A stretch of 64,000 bases of DNA from an uncultured Candidatus Saccharibacteria bacterium (GCA_964493895.1 CAZBPY010000002.1:131351-195350); one strand, 5' to 3'; shown: positions 48,721 to 58,233, numbered from the stretch's first letter. Program-made: numbers and translations. Notes: generated from the letters alone by a model not told the origin.

Positions 48721-49054
48721 GGACGACCTCATTGATAATATCAGCAATCTGTTGGCGCACTTTAGGATCAAGCACATTTCTCGATGGATTGTTGCGACTT
48801 GGGCTAATATTGATCATCGAGTCGAACTCTATAAAATCCGGCTTACCAAAGCGGTCGGGGTAAAGATTAACGCCCCAAAGGTCATTTTGCTTCGAACCTT
48901 TTTGAAGCAATTCAGCCTCGCCATCAGCATGCAACTCCATATCGACAATTACAATCCTTTTTGTGACATCCACATCAGCTTTGACGAAATTACCGTACAT
49001 AGACTGAGCCATTTTTTGCAGCTCCTTAACTGAGATCTTATCGACTATCTTCAT
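48713..49054 (-). CDS. hypothetical small protein (113 aa); from memory it resembles the DUF5674-type family
   Basis: Its ATG overlaps the pheS TGA (ATGA at 49051-49054). Sequence features: ...HADGEAELLQKGSKQNDLWGVNLYP...FIEFDSMINISPSRNN.SR. Confidence 0.65.
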   Translation of the reverse strand: MKIVDKISVKELQKMAQSMYGNFVKADVDVTKRIVIVDMELHADGEAELLQKGSKQNDLWGVNLYPDRFGKPDFIEFDSMINISPSRNNPSRNVLDPKVRQQIADIINEVVHE

Positions 49055-50079
49055 TTAAATTGCCTCAAGAATTCTAGTTTGCCGGATTCGAAGTGGCGAA
49101 CGTCTTCAATGCCTTGTTTCATCATTACCAAGCGGTCAATACCGACGCCCCACGCGAACCCGGTGTACTCACCTGGATCGATGTCGGCCATCTTTAGCAC
49201 ATTCGGATGGATCATGCCGCAACCTAAGAGTTCGATCCAACCAGCTTGGCTGCAAACCTTGCAACCCTTTTTGGCGCAGAACGGACAGCTAATCGCAAAT
49301 TCAAAACTTGGCTCGGTAAACGGGAAATAAAATGGTTGAGTACGAACCTCAAGATCTTGTTTGTAATACTCCTCTAGGAATGTTTTAAGCGTAGCAATTA
49401 AGTGACCGGCGTTAACTCCTTGGCTGACATAAACTCCCTCGACTTGATAAAAGGTGTGCTCGTGACGAGCATCCAAATCCTCATTTCTAAAAACTCGTCC
49501 TGGAATAACTGTGGCGATCGGCCGGCCAGCTTTCAGATTGGCCTTACTAGCTTTTAGAACCCGATTTTGCATAGTGCTGGTATGCGCCGGAGCTATCAGC
49601 CCGTCTTTGGTCATGAAAGTATCATAATCATCGCGAGCCGGGTGGCCCTGCGGAAAGTTGAGCGTCTCGAACATATGATAATCATCATCCAGTTGACGCG
49701 ACTCAACGGCCTCAAATCCCATCCGTCCAAAGATGTCGAGGATTTTTTCTAGTTCGGTCATTAGCGGGTGCCGACTGCCCCTATCGGCTGGCAACAGTTG
49801 CGGCAGACCAGCGTTAACATCCATTGGAGCCGTCACATCAATCGGTGGTAATGACTGGTTGGTATCCTGGGCCCTGCCCGCAAGGTCCTCCAGCTCGGCC
49901 TTGAGTTGGTTCAACTCTTTTCCAAACCCAGCTCTTTCGGTTGGCTTTAACAGAGGTATTTCAGCCGCCAAAGCCTTCAGCTCTGGAGCCCGCAAAATAC
50001 CGCTCGGCTTGTCCGTTTTTGACAACTTTTTTTTCAAGTCAGCAGCCACCGCGGCTATCTTCTTATTTTTATAGCTCAT
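49051..50079 (-). CDS. pheS: phenylalanine--tRNA ligase subunit alpha
   Basis: Class II motifs: HPARD, FRNE and YFPFTEPS...GCGMIHPNVL. Confidence 0.95.
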   Translation of the reverse strand: MSYKNKKIAAVAADLKKKLSKTDKPSGILRAPELKALAAEIPLLKPTERAGFGKELNQLKAELEDLAGRAQDTNQSLPPIDVTAPMDVNAGLPQLLPADRGSRHPLMTELEKILDIFGRMGFEAVESRQLDDDYHMFETLNFPQGHPARDDYDTFMTKDGLIAPAHTSTMQNRVLKASKANLKAGRPIATVIPGRVFRNEDLDARHEHTFYQVEGVYVSQGVNAGHLIATLKTFLEEYYKQDLEVRTQPFYFPFTEPSFEFAISCPFCAKKGCKVCSQAGWIELLGCGMIHPNVLKMADIDPGEYTGFAWGVGIDRLVMMKQGIEDVRHFESGKLEFLRQFK

Positions 50080-50117
50080 ACTTAACCATAGTATACCATC
50101 TGTGGTACTCTGGTGAC

Positions 50118-50645
50118 ATGGCAGCTGTGGAGATAAATCCGCCTGAAGTTAGGCTGGAAAAAGTTGGCTTTAGACCAGTAGTATTTTTAGCCGGTCCTAT
50201 TCAAGGCGCTCCGGACTGGCAGACAGAAGCTGTAGACATTATTAGTAGCCGAACCGTGGCTGAGGTTATCGTTGCAAACCCCCGTACCGATGATTACCGG
50301 GACTATGAATCACAAGTCAGTTGGGAGCAGCGTTATCTTCGACGAGCGAAAAAGCTTGGCGGGATTGCTTTTTGGTGCCCGGCTGAAACAACTGATTGCC
50401 CAAGCCCCAACCCTGTTGACAGATCATATGCTCAAACTACCAGAATTGAGTTCGGTAAGGTAACCGGGTGGCTTGATTATGACAGCGAAGCAATTGTTTC
50501 CATAGGTATAGAAGAGGGCTATAGCGGCAGTGATAAATACTACAGATATGACGCTGAGCAGTATGGCCTGCCAATACATTCCACATTAGACGAAACAATT
50601 ACTCATTTATTGAGAAAGGTAGAGGCAGTCTATGGCCCAATTTAG
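50118..50645 (+). CDS. nucleoside 2-deoxyribosyltransferase-like protein
   Basis: VVFLAGPIQGAPDWQ is the N-terminal Rossmann-like signature of the family. The track ORF (49941) is over-extended antisense into pheS. ATG 50118 lies 6 nt after TGgTACTCT. Confidence 0.55.
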   Translation: MAAVEINPPEVRLEKVGFRPVVFLAGPIQGAPDWQTEAVDIISSRTVAEVIVANPRTDDYRDYESQVSWEQRYLRRAKKLGGIAFWCPAETTDCPSPNPVDRSYAQTTRIEFGKVTGWLDYDSEAIVSIGIEEGYSGSDKYYRYDAEQYGLPIHSTLDETITHLLRKVEAVYGPI

Positions 50646-51129
50646 CTTTGATATTGTCAGCGATTATGACAAGGCCGAGATCAATAATGTCTTTGATCAG
50701 GTCCAGCGAGAAATCGCTAATCGTTATGATTTCAAGGGGACCAATGCCGGTGTTGAGTGGCTAGATTCGGAAAAGACCGGTCTACGTATAGCCGGCGACA
50801 ACGACTTTCACCTGGAGTCAATCGCCGATATCGTCCGTAAGAAGTTAGCGGCTCGGGGCCAAAGCCAAAAAGTGCTTGACACCTCTGCCGAGCCAGTGGC
50901 TGCCAACCTGAAGATGACCTGGGAGGTAACCTTCCGGCGCGGTCTTAATCAGGAAAAGGCTAAGCAAATTACAAAACTAATTCGCGACTCGTTTCCTAAG
51001 GTTAAAACTCAAATCCAAGGCGAAGAAATTCGCGTCACGAGCCCGAAAAAAGATGAACTCCAGGCCGTCATGCAACTGTTGAAATCTCAGGATTTTGATT
51101 TCCCTTTAAGCTTTACCAATTTCCGCTAA
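50632..51129 (+). CDS. yajQ: YajQ-family nucleotide-binding protein (UPF0234)
   Basis: MAQFSFDIVSDYDKAEINNVFDQVQREIANRYDFKG is a family-typical N-terminus. Confidence 0.88.
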   Translation: MAQFSFDIVSDYDKAEINNVFDQVQREIANRYDFKGTNAGVEWLDSEKTGLRIAGDNDFHLESIADIVRKKLAARGQSQKVLDTSAEPVAANLKMTWEVTFRRGLNQEKAKQITKLIRDSFPKVKTQIQGEEIRVTSPKKDELQAVMQLLKSQDFDFPLSFTNFR

Positions 51130-51153
51130 GCATAACCCTGTATACTGGTGTCA

Positions 51154-52500
51154 ATGCCACAGAATAAAAAATCCCAAGGACCAGAACTGCCGGCTGAACT
51201 GATGGGTCGGGCTAAACAGGTTTTGGCCGACAATTATCGAAATGGGCATACCGTACCGGCCGAGGGGCTTTATCCTCATCAATGGCTGTGGGATAGTTGT
51301 TTCGTGGCTATCGGGCTGGCCCATTATGATGTTGAGCGAGCTCAAACCGAAATCCTAAACTTGCTCAAAGGTCAGTGGAGCAACGGCATGATACCTAATA
51401 TGATATTTGATTCAGCTCTGAAATATCGGCAGGACCGCGAGCTATGGCGCAGCTATGCTTCTCCATATTCACCGGACAAGGTGGCAACCAGTGGAATAAC
51501 CCAGCCGCCAATGATTGCTGAAGCTGTAGTGCGGATTGGCAAAAAACTACCCAAGACCGAACGCCTAGAATGGTACAACAAAGTTTACCCAAAATTGGTC
51601 AAGTATCACCGCTGGCTGTACCGCGAGCGTGATCCAAAAAATGAAGGCTTGGTGCTGCTAGTCCACCCTTGGGAGTCGGGCATGGACAGTTCGCCGGCGT
51701 GGATGGCTGACCTACGGGTTCATCACCAATCGTGGTGGATAAAATTTGTTAAAGTTGCCGGGCTGGAACCTTTGATTAGCAAGTTACGCCGCGACACTAA
51801 ATTCATCCCGCCCGGACAAAGGCTCAGCACCATCGATGCTTTAATTGTCTTTAATTTGGTCCGAAAATTGCGTCACCGAGCTTATAGCCACCAAAAAATC
51901 ATGCACAGCCGCCTACCTAAAGTTGAAGACGTCGGCTTTAATGCCATATTTATTCGAGCCAATGCTCATCTTCAACATATTGCCAAAGCTCTAAAACGGT
52001 CATTGCCGGAAGGTTTACAAGCTGACATCAAACACACTGAAGAAGTCTTTAGCGACCTGTGGGACGAAGCGGCCAGTCAATATTTCAGCTTTAACATTAA
52101 CACTGGCCAGAAAATTTTGATTCCCACCATTGGCAGCTTGTTACCGCTGTACTCTGGCAAGATCAGTAAAGATCACGCTTCCCGACTGGTTAGCCATCTG
52201 AAGGATAAGGGTGTTTTTAAGGCAAAGTTTCCAGTGCCAAGCGTACCGCAAAATTCTTCCTGGTTTGAACCACATCGTTACTGGCAGGGGCCAACTTGGG
52301 TTAATGCTAACTGGCTGTTAGTTGATGGCTTGGAAAGATATGGCTTTAAAGAAGAGGCTGCCCATATTCGCAGCCAATCCTTGAAAATGGTAGAGGAAGC
52401 CGGTTTTTATGAGTATTTTTCGCCAATCGATGGTTCGCCAGCCGGCGCCAAGAACTTCTCTTGGACAGCTGCCCTAACCATAGACTTTCTAAATCAGTAA
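51154..52500 (+). CDS. (alpha/alpha)6-barrel glycoside hydrolase, GH63/MGH1-like
   Basis: YPHQWLWDSCF, HPWESGMDSSP and QGPTWVNANWLLVDGL. The track start is GTG 51148; ATG 51154 lies 7 nt after TATACT. Confidence 0.6.
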   Translation: MPQNKKSQGPELPAELMGRAKQVLADNYRNGHTVPAEGLYPHQWLWDSCFVAIGLAHYDVERAQTEILNLLKGQWSNGMIPNMIFDSALKYRQDRELWRSYASPYSPDKVATSGITQPPMIAEAVVRIGKKLPKTERLEWYNKVYPKLVKYHRWLYRERDPKNEGLVLLVHPWESGMDSSPAWMADLRVHHQSWWIKFVKVAGLEPLISKLRRDTKFIPPGQRLSTIDALIVFNLVRKLRHRAYSHQKIMHSRLPKVEDVGFNAIFIRANAHLQHIAKALKRSLPEGLQADIKHTEEVFSDLWDEAASQYFSFNINTGQKILIPTIGSLLPLYSGKISKDHASRLVSHLKDKGVFKAKFPVPSVPQNSSWFEPHRYWQGPTWVNANWLLVDGLERYGFKEEAAHIRSQSLKMVEEAGFYEYFSPIDGSPAGAKNFSWTAALTIDFLNQ

Positions 52501-52514
52501 GTTTAAATCGTTAA

Positions 52515-53117
52515 TTACTGTTGGGTGACTGTGACAATAAAGTTGGTCTTATCATCAGAAGGTTCTTCGGGATTAGCAGTAACTATAACACTGGTTGAAC
52601 GTCCAGCTTTCTCAAATGACAACAGGATATTTTCACTGGAAGTTGAGTCCAATTGCAATGCCCAACCCTGTGCAACCATCTGATCTTTATAGTAACTGGC
52701 CACTTCAGATGTTGACTGGCTGGTCTTTCCGACCGCACTGTAGCCATCATCACTGCGGCTGCTGGCCACAAGTGTGGACGGTTCAAAAATGGGAACATCA
52801 GATGGGAACCCATCAGCAAGATCGACACCCTCTCCGTAACTAGCGGTGGTATCACCCTCCTCACTTTTGACAGTAACAGTGTCTTCACCAATCTGTACGT
52901 CGTCAGATACTTGGCTGAATAGGGCACTGAAGAAAAGCAGACTCAAGACAATCCCAATCAGTCCCAGCCCTACGAACACTCCAACAACTATCAAGACGAT
53001 TTTCAGTGTTTTGTTGTCCTTCTTCTGGCCTTGTTTTGGGGCAGTTCCTGCAGACTTGGCTGGCGCTTTGCTGGTTGTTTGTTTGTTCGATCTCACTGGC
53101 TTTATATCCTCTGGCAT
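52515..53117 (-). CDS. hypothetical single-pass membrane protein
   Basis: A basic disordered N-terminus, a TM helix IVLIVVGVFVGLGLIGIVLSLLFF, and an acidic Ser/Thr-rich ectodomain. The start is uncertain (GTG 53150, ATG 53129 or ATG 53117). Confidence 0.6.
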   Translation of the reverse strand: MPEDIKPVRSNKQTTSKAPAKSAGTAPKQGQKKDNKTLKIVLIVVGVFVGLGLIGIVLSLLFFSALFSQVSDDVQIGEDTVTVKSEEGDTTASYGEGVDLADGFPSDVPIFEPSTLVASSRSDDGYSAVGKTSQSTSEVASYYKDQMVAQGWALQLDSTSSENILLSFEKAGRSTSVIVTANPEEPSDDKTNFIVTVTQQ

Positions 53118-53180
53118 GGGCTCCTCCATAGTTATGGTTAAAGCATACACCTCTTAGTTGTAACGAGCAATTATGTTCAG

Positions 53181-54350
53181 CTAAAACTGGGCCAATTTGT
53201 TGCCGCGGCGCCACTGACGGATGGCGGCCTTATAGGGCAAAAAGTTTTTGAATATCCAGCGATCGGCTCGGCGGCGGACCAACCAGCCCCGGTAGCCGCT
53301 GATTAGATTTTTCTGAGTTTGAACGACCGCCCACTTTTCTCCAACCGGCACCACGTAAATTGGATGTCTAGGCCGATAGGCGACAGGCTTGACACCGGCT
53401 TGTATCCTCAGCAGATTGCGAGCTACAAACCTAGCATCATGGAGAGCTGTCTGTGCCATACCGCTATATTTGGTAGCAGCGTTATCGCCTAATACATAGA
53501 TATCCTGATGCCCGGGCACTCGGAGATATTCGTCGACTACGACCCGGCCCTTGTCTAGTTTGAAAATGCGTGGGTGGTTGGCGTAAAAGTCAACCGGCGC
53601 CGAACCGGCGGTCCAGACAATTACATCAGCTTCAATATCTTCGCCGCTAATGCAAACTTTGCCCGGTTCACAAGAGTTGACTCGAGTGCTAAGACGCATC
53701 TCGACACCTAGCTTTATTAGTCGTTTATAAGCCTTGGCTGATAACACCGGGTCCAACATCGGCAGAATCCGATCGGCACCTTCAAGCAATATGACTTTTG
53801 GATGAGCCAGGCGCCGGCCATATCGATGAGCTACCCGCCGAGCGTAATTTTGTAGCTCTCCGGCCAATTCAACTCCAGTCGGACCGGCGCCAACAACAGC
53901 GATTGTTGGTTTCGATCCTGGCACCTTAAACAATTCTGTCAGTCGCGTTCTTAAAGCGATGGTCTGCGGAATGGTGGTCATGGAGAAGGAATGCTGATCC
54001 ATGCCCTCAATGCCGAAGTAGTTGACGTCGTTACCCATAGCCAACACCGCCACATCATAAACATATTCTTCTCCAGTTTCGCTGCGCATTATCTTGCGTT
54101 TAGGATTTATAGCTGCCACTGTGTCAAGAACTAGCTCAACATTTTTAGAGCGCTTAAAAATCTCTTTCAGCGGAATGGTCACCTCCATTGGGGAATAACC
54201 GGTAGCCGACCGATACAGGGCGCCGTGGTATTCAAAATTCGTATGTGTACTGATCAGTTTAATCTCGAAACCAGGTTTATTGGACAGTTCCAGTGCTGTT
54301 TTGACCCCGGCAAACCCGCCCCCAACAATTACTAGCTTTGTTTGTTTCAT
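53181..54350 (-). CDS. ndh: type II NADH dehydrogenase (NDH-2)-like FAD/NAD(P) oxidoreductase
   Basis: Two dinucleotide folds, LVIVGGGFAGV and AVVGAGPTGVELAGE, plus GD motif VLGDNA. Confidence 0.85.
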   Translation of the reverse strand: MKQTKLVIVGGGFAGVKTALELSNKPGFEIKLISTHTNFEYHGALYRSATGYSPMEVTIPLKEIFKRSKNVELVLDTVAAINPKRKIMRSETGEEYVYDVAVLAMGNDVNYFGIEGMDQHSFSMTTIPQTIALRTRLTELFKVPGSKPTIAVVGAGPTGVELAGELQNYARRVAHRYGRRLAHPKVILLEGADRILPMLDPVLSAKAYKRLIKLGVEMRLSTRVNSCEPGKVCISGEDIEADVIVWTAGSAPVDFYANHPRIFKLDKGRVVVDEYLRVPGHQDIYVLGDNAATKYSGMAQTALHDARFVARNLLRIQAGVKPVAYRPRHPIYVVPVGEKWAVVQTQKNLISGYRGWLVRRRADRWIFKNFLPYKAAIRQWRRGNKLAQF

Positions 54351-54378
54351 AATGCTTAAAGCTATAATACCAGATATT

Positions 54379-55461
54379 CTAGTCTTCTTGGGCCGGTCGA
54401 TCTAAAACCAGCGGTTCGACAGCCGGTGAAGTTTCGGCAATCTTGACCACATCTTTATCAATTTTCTTTAGCTCCTTATGAGCCGCATTGTAGTGATTAA
54501 CGGTAGTGCCCAGGCTGCCGCCGAGTTTGTGCATAAAAGTTTCGTACGAGTTAATGTGACGGCCAAGCTCGCCGACACGCTTTTGAATTTCTTTGGCTTG
54601 TTCTTCGATTTGCAAGCTACGCAAACCTTGGAGCACAGTTTGCAGATAGGCCATAAAGCTGGTGGGGCTGACTATAATGACGTGCCTCTCCTGAAAGGCA
54701 TATTCGATTAGATCACGGGAATTAGTCACAGTTGTACCGACTTTATTGATCAAAAGATCATAATAAAGCGACTCCGATGGTATAAACATAAAAGCAAAAT
54801 CCATGGTATTTTCATTGGGACGAATGTACTTTGATGTTTCATCAATCCGGTTTTTCAGGTCAACCTTGAACCTTTTAATCAGGTTGTCACGGACAGTTTT
54901 ATTTTTTTCTTCGATCAGGCGATTGTAGTTTTCTAAGCTAAACTTAGAATCAATTGGCAAGACCTTGCCCTTGTCCAGAAAGATAACAGCATCAACAGTT
55001 TCGCCGTCTTTGAACTTGTGCTGCATAGCATAACGACCTGGCGGCATGACATTTTCTAGTACGCTTTGCAGGTAATATTCACCGACCACTCCGCGCTGTT
55101 TAGGGTTTTGCAGCACGTTTTGCAGAGTTTTAAGCTCGTCAGCTACATTAACCACCCGTTTGTTGGTCTCGTCTAACTTAGCTAGCCGCTCGGTCACATC
55201 AGCAATAATCCGAGCACTCTGGGCAAACTGCTTTTGAATGCTGGCTCCCATCTGAGTCTGCGATTCTTGCAACTTTTTGTTAATATTTTCGTTCAGTGAC
55301 TCTTTCAGATCAGTCACATTTTTATTAAGATTATCCAGATCAGTTTTAAGAAGTTGGGTGGCTTGACCGTCAGCCGGCCGAGCCAGTTTGCGATTAAAAA
55401 ATATGACCAGCCCAAAAAAGCTAATCACAATCAAAGAACCAAGAATAATTGCTGTCTCCAT
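54379..55461 (-). CDS. rmuC: DNA recombination protein RmuC
   Basis: N-terminal TM helix, coiled coil, then the nuclease-like core DAVIFLDKGKVLPIDSKFSLENY...FMFIPSE. Confidence 0.85.
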   Translation of the reverse strand: METAIILGSLIVISFFGLVIFFNRKLARPADGQATQLLKTDLDNLNKNVTDLKESLNENINKKLQESQTQMGASIQKQFAQSARIIADVTERLAKLDETNKRVVNVADELKTLQNVLQNPKQRGVVGEYYLQSVLENVMPPGRYAMQHKFKDGETVDAVIFLDKGKVLPIDSKFSLENYNRLIEEKNKTVRDNLIKRFKVDLKNRIDETSKYIRPNENTMDFAFMFIPSESLYYDLLINKVGTTVTNSRDLIEYAFQERHVIIVSPTSFMAYLQTVLQGLRSLQIEEQAKEIQKRVGELGRHINSYETFMHKLGGSLGTTVNHYNAAHKELKKIDKDVVKIAETSPAVEPLVLDRPAQED

Positions 55462-55480
55462 GTAGTTATATTATAGCAGC

Positions 55481-56293
55481 CTAATCTGTTGACTGGACAG
55501 TCGGCGGCTGATCATGCTCAACATCGATAAAGCGGTGACTGATTTGTATCGACAGGCTGACAAACACGACCCCCAATAGCAGCAGCAATACTTGAGTAGT
55601 AAACCTTTTCCCGCCCTTGTTATGAATAGCCGGAATCACGTCGCTAAGAGCAATGTAAAGCAAGAATCCGGCACTTAGGCCTAGCAAAAGCCCCAGCGGC
55701 ATCGCTGATTCGCTGCCTAATAAAAAGGTTATGATCGCAAAAACAACAGTGGCCAGGGCGCTTAACAAGTTAACTATTAAGACCTGGCGGCGCGGCATAC
55801 CCTTTGACAGTAGCAACCCAAAGTCGCCGATTTCCTGGGGGATTTCATGGGCAGCAACTGCTAGGGTGGTAACGATGCCTGTCGGAACGCTGACCAAAAA
55901 GGAGGCGGCAATCGCTACACCGTCTAGAGCGTTGTGAACCAAATCACCAATAATCACCAGTGATGATCGGTGATCCTTACCAGACTTGTTGCCGGTGCCA
56001 GGATCAGCGTGATGATGATGAAACCAACGCAAGAATCCTTCGGCCAGGAAAAACAAAACGATTCCAGTTAAGGCAGACATCAGAACAGTTTGCGAATCAG
56101 TCGAGTCAACGCCTTCTTTTAGTAGATCAAGAAAAACCGCCGATAGTAGTGCTCCGCCGGCAAAGGGGGTGGCATATCGCGCCAATTTATTGGCCAGGCT
56201 TTTCTTGCTGAGCAGTAAAATTCCGCCAATTAGCGACACTACACCGCCTAGTAGCGAGAAGATTATTACTTGTGACAATGTTGCCGTAGACAT
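55481..56293 (-). CDS. ZIP-family divalent metal (zinc) transporter
   Basis: Multi-TM protein with a His-rich loop WFHHHHADPG and the signature HEIPQEIGDFGLL. Confidence 0.88.
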   Translation of the reverse strand: MSTATLSQVIIFSLLGGVVSLIGGILLLSKKSLANKLARYATPFAGGALLSAVFLDLLKEGVDSTDSQTVLMSALTGIVLFFLAEGFLRWFHHHHADPGTGNKSGKDHRSSLVIIGDLVHNALDGVAIAASFLVSVPTGIVTTLAVAAHEIPQEIGDFGLLLSKGMPRRQVLIVNLLSALATVVFAIITFLLGSESAMPLGLLLGLSAGFLLYIALSDVIPAIHNKGGKRFTTQVLLLLLGVVFVSLSIQISHRFIDVEHDQPPTVQSTD

Positions 56294-56333
56294 GATAATT
56301 GGGTGTTATTTAGTTAACTTTAGCATAGTTCGC

Positions 56334-56351
56334 TTGCAACTATAATTGCAA
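56334..56351. promoter_or_regulatory. near-perfect 18-bp palindrome; candidate Zur/Fur operator in the divergent ZIP/Fur promoter region
   Basis: TTGCAActataaTTGCAA has 16 of 18 positions self-complementary. The right TTGCAA sits 18 nt upstream of the Fur-gene -10 box, that is at its -35. Confidence 0.5.
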
Positions 56352-56366
56352 ATTTGTCGCAATTTT

Positions 56367-56375
56367 TGCTAAAAT
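56367..56375 (+). promoter_or_regulatory. extended -10 box TGcTAAAAT, 6 nt upstream of ATG 56382 (leaderless)
   Basis: Sequence tttTGcTAAAATtgatacATGgaa. Confidence 0.55.
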
Positions 56376-56381
56376 TGATAC

Positions 56382-56801
56382 ATGGAAACAGATGAGCTAT
56401 TCGCCAAAACTCTGCGGCAGAATGGCCGCAGCTTAACCCAGGCTCGAATTCTGGTTTATGAAGCTTTGCAAGACGAGGAACCCCTATCAATGGCGGAACT
56501 CGGACTTAAGCTGGATGGCATGGTCGACAGAGCTAGTTTGTATCGCACAATATCTATGTTCGAAAAGTTAGGCATCATTCAACGGCTGCAGATTGGCTGG
56601 AAATACAAGATCGAATTGGCTGATGATTTTAACTTTCACCACCACCACATCACCTGCAAGAATTGTGGTATGAGCCTGCCGGTCAGAGAAGACCTAACCC
56701 TGGAAGCCAGCGTCAAGACTTTGGCTATGGAATATGGCTTTTCAGAAGTAGCTCACCAAATTGAAATCCGCGGTTTGTGCCCAAAGTGTCGGTTGATTTG
56801 A
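56382..56801 (+). CDS. Fur-family transcriptional regulator (probably Zur)
   Basis: Winged-helix N-terminal domain, then HHHHITCKNCG...CPKC metal sites. It is divergent from the ZIP transporter. Confidence 0.85.
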   Translation: METDELFAKTLRQNGRSLTQARILVYEALQDEEPLSMAELGLKLDGMVDRASLYRTISMFEKLGIIQRLQIGWKYKIELADDFNFHHHHITCKNCGMSLPVREDLTLEASVKTLAMEYGFSEVAHQIEIRGLCPKCRLI

Positions 56802-56811
56802 GACCTAACCA

Positions 56812-58173
56812 CTAACGGCGGCCGAATAACAGCAGCCCTAGGCATAGCCAGGCCAGGCAAACACCGGCAGCAATCAGAGTGAATGGCATTAGCCCAAAGG
56901 TGAAAATAAATGGCATCGACAGAGCTGTAACAATACCGCCCCCAACAAAAGGCTCAAACATCAGCTGCTTATAGCCAAAGCTCTCAACGGTATTGGTTTT
57001 ATCACGCGGGTCGACCATGTGCACAAACAATAAACCGGTGGCCGTCATGCCCATCGATTGAGCCATGTTGACAATTCCGTTCTGAAACCAATTTTTCTGA
57101 AACATCCGCTGAGCCAAAAATACAAAGCCAAACAGGATCCAGATAATGCCAGAAGCAGCCAGCAGCACAAACACCGGCATATGGGAAACGATATAATTGA
57201 GCGACATAGTACCGACAGCGGTGGCAATCAATATGCTAAGCGAGATTGCACTAATCAGCTCGACCAGTGGCCGAAAAACGTACCAACCCAGGCGTTTCCA
57301 AATTTTATGGGCCACAATACCGCCAAACATACAAATTGGGAAGAATGGCACATACTGCAGAATGCTGATGCCAGTACTAGCTGTTAGGGTGTAATGTTCT
57401 AGGATCAGCAGCCCTTGGTAGATCAGCCAACCAATCCCAACCGCTACCGCCACCAGAATCAAATGGTTGATAATACTCTTTAAGTTTAGGTGGTCACGCA
57501 GCCGGATCCCTTCCCGGCGCAACTCATAAATAATCCGCCGGTGATAGGCCCGAACCCGAGCTGTTTGTTTGTGAACGTCTTTAATGTGGTGTCGGCGGCG
57601 CCCCCAATGGACCAAGATTATACCGCTGACCAAAGCAGTAATTAAGCTGACCGTTGCCAGGCCTAGAGCCAATTCCTGGCCTTCTGGAAAACCCAGTTGG
57701 TGAAAAACCGGTCCCAGACCTGATGAAGTTCCATGGCCGCCCTCAAAGCTAATTTCAATCAGGGCGGCGCTAAGCGGGTTCACACCAAAAACCGGCATAA
57801 GTACCAGCAGTGTCAACAAGCCGCCGATCATATATTGCCCCCAGGCCAGTGTCTGCCCGAAGGCCACTTGGGGCCCAGCCAGCCGCCACATTTTTCTAAA
57901 CGGTAATACTGGCCGAGCTAAGAACAAGCAAGCGAAAACAACATTAATGAGTTGTTTGGGAAATTGGCTCCACATTTGGTAGTAGGCTGAGGGCAGCTGG
58001 TAGTCGGGAAAGAATACGCCGGAAATGTCTGGACCGAGAGCTAATAATATCATGCCAGAAGCCAGTGATCCCGGTAAAAATGCCCACCTAATCACCGGCA
58101 GCCGAACGAACAAATAACCCAGGATTACGGCAAAGGCTAGAACACTTAAACCAGCTAAATAAAATGTGGGCAT
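56812..58173 (-). CDS. gltS: GltS/ESS-family sodium:glutamate symporter
   Basis: About 12 TM helices. EISFEGGHGTSSGLGPVF aligns with the E. coli GltS segment ITLSGGHGTGAAWSKLF (recalled from memory). Confidence 0.7.
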   Translation of the reverse strand: MPTFYLAGLSVLAFAVILGYLFVRLPVIRWAFLPGSLASGMILLALGPDISGVFFPDYQLPSAYYQMWSQFPKQLINVVFACLFLARPVLPFRKMWRLAGPQVAFGQTLAWGQYMIGGLLTLLVLMPVFGVNPLSAALIEISFEGGHGTSSGLGPVFHQLGFPEGQELALGLATVSLITALVSGIILVHWGRRRHHIKDVHKQTARVRAYHRRIIYELRREGIRLRDHLNLKSIINHLILVAVAVGIGWLIYQGLLILEHYTLTASTGISILQYVPFFPICMFGGIVAHKIWKRLGWYVFRPLVELISAISLSILIATAVGTMSLNYIVSHMPVFVLLAASGIIWILFGFVFLAQRMFQKNWFQNGIVNMAQSMGMTATGLLFVHMVDPRDKTNTVESFGYKQLMFEPFVGGGIVTALSMPFIFTFGLMPFTLIAAGVCLAWLCLGLLLFGRR

Positions 58174-58233
58174 TGCCCTTCACTATACCATAAGCGTTTT
58201 CCAAAGTGGCCGCTTCTACCCCTATAAATCTTG

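Noticed and set aside
49941-50117. The 5' part of track ORF 49941-50645 (234 aa) extends antisense into pheS.
   Set aside because: The first ~59 codons overlap pheS on the opposite strand and encode low-complexity sequence. The family-typical N-terminus (VVFLAGPIQG) starts just after ATG 50118, which has its own -10 box.
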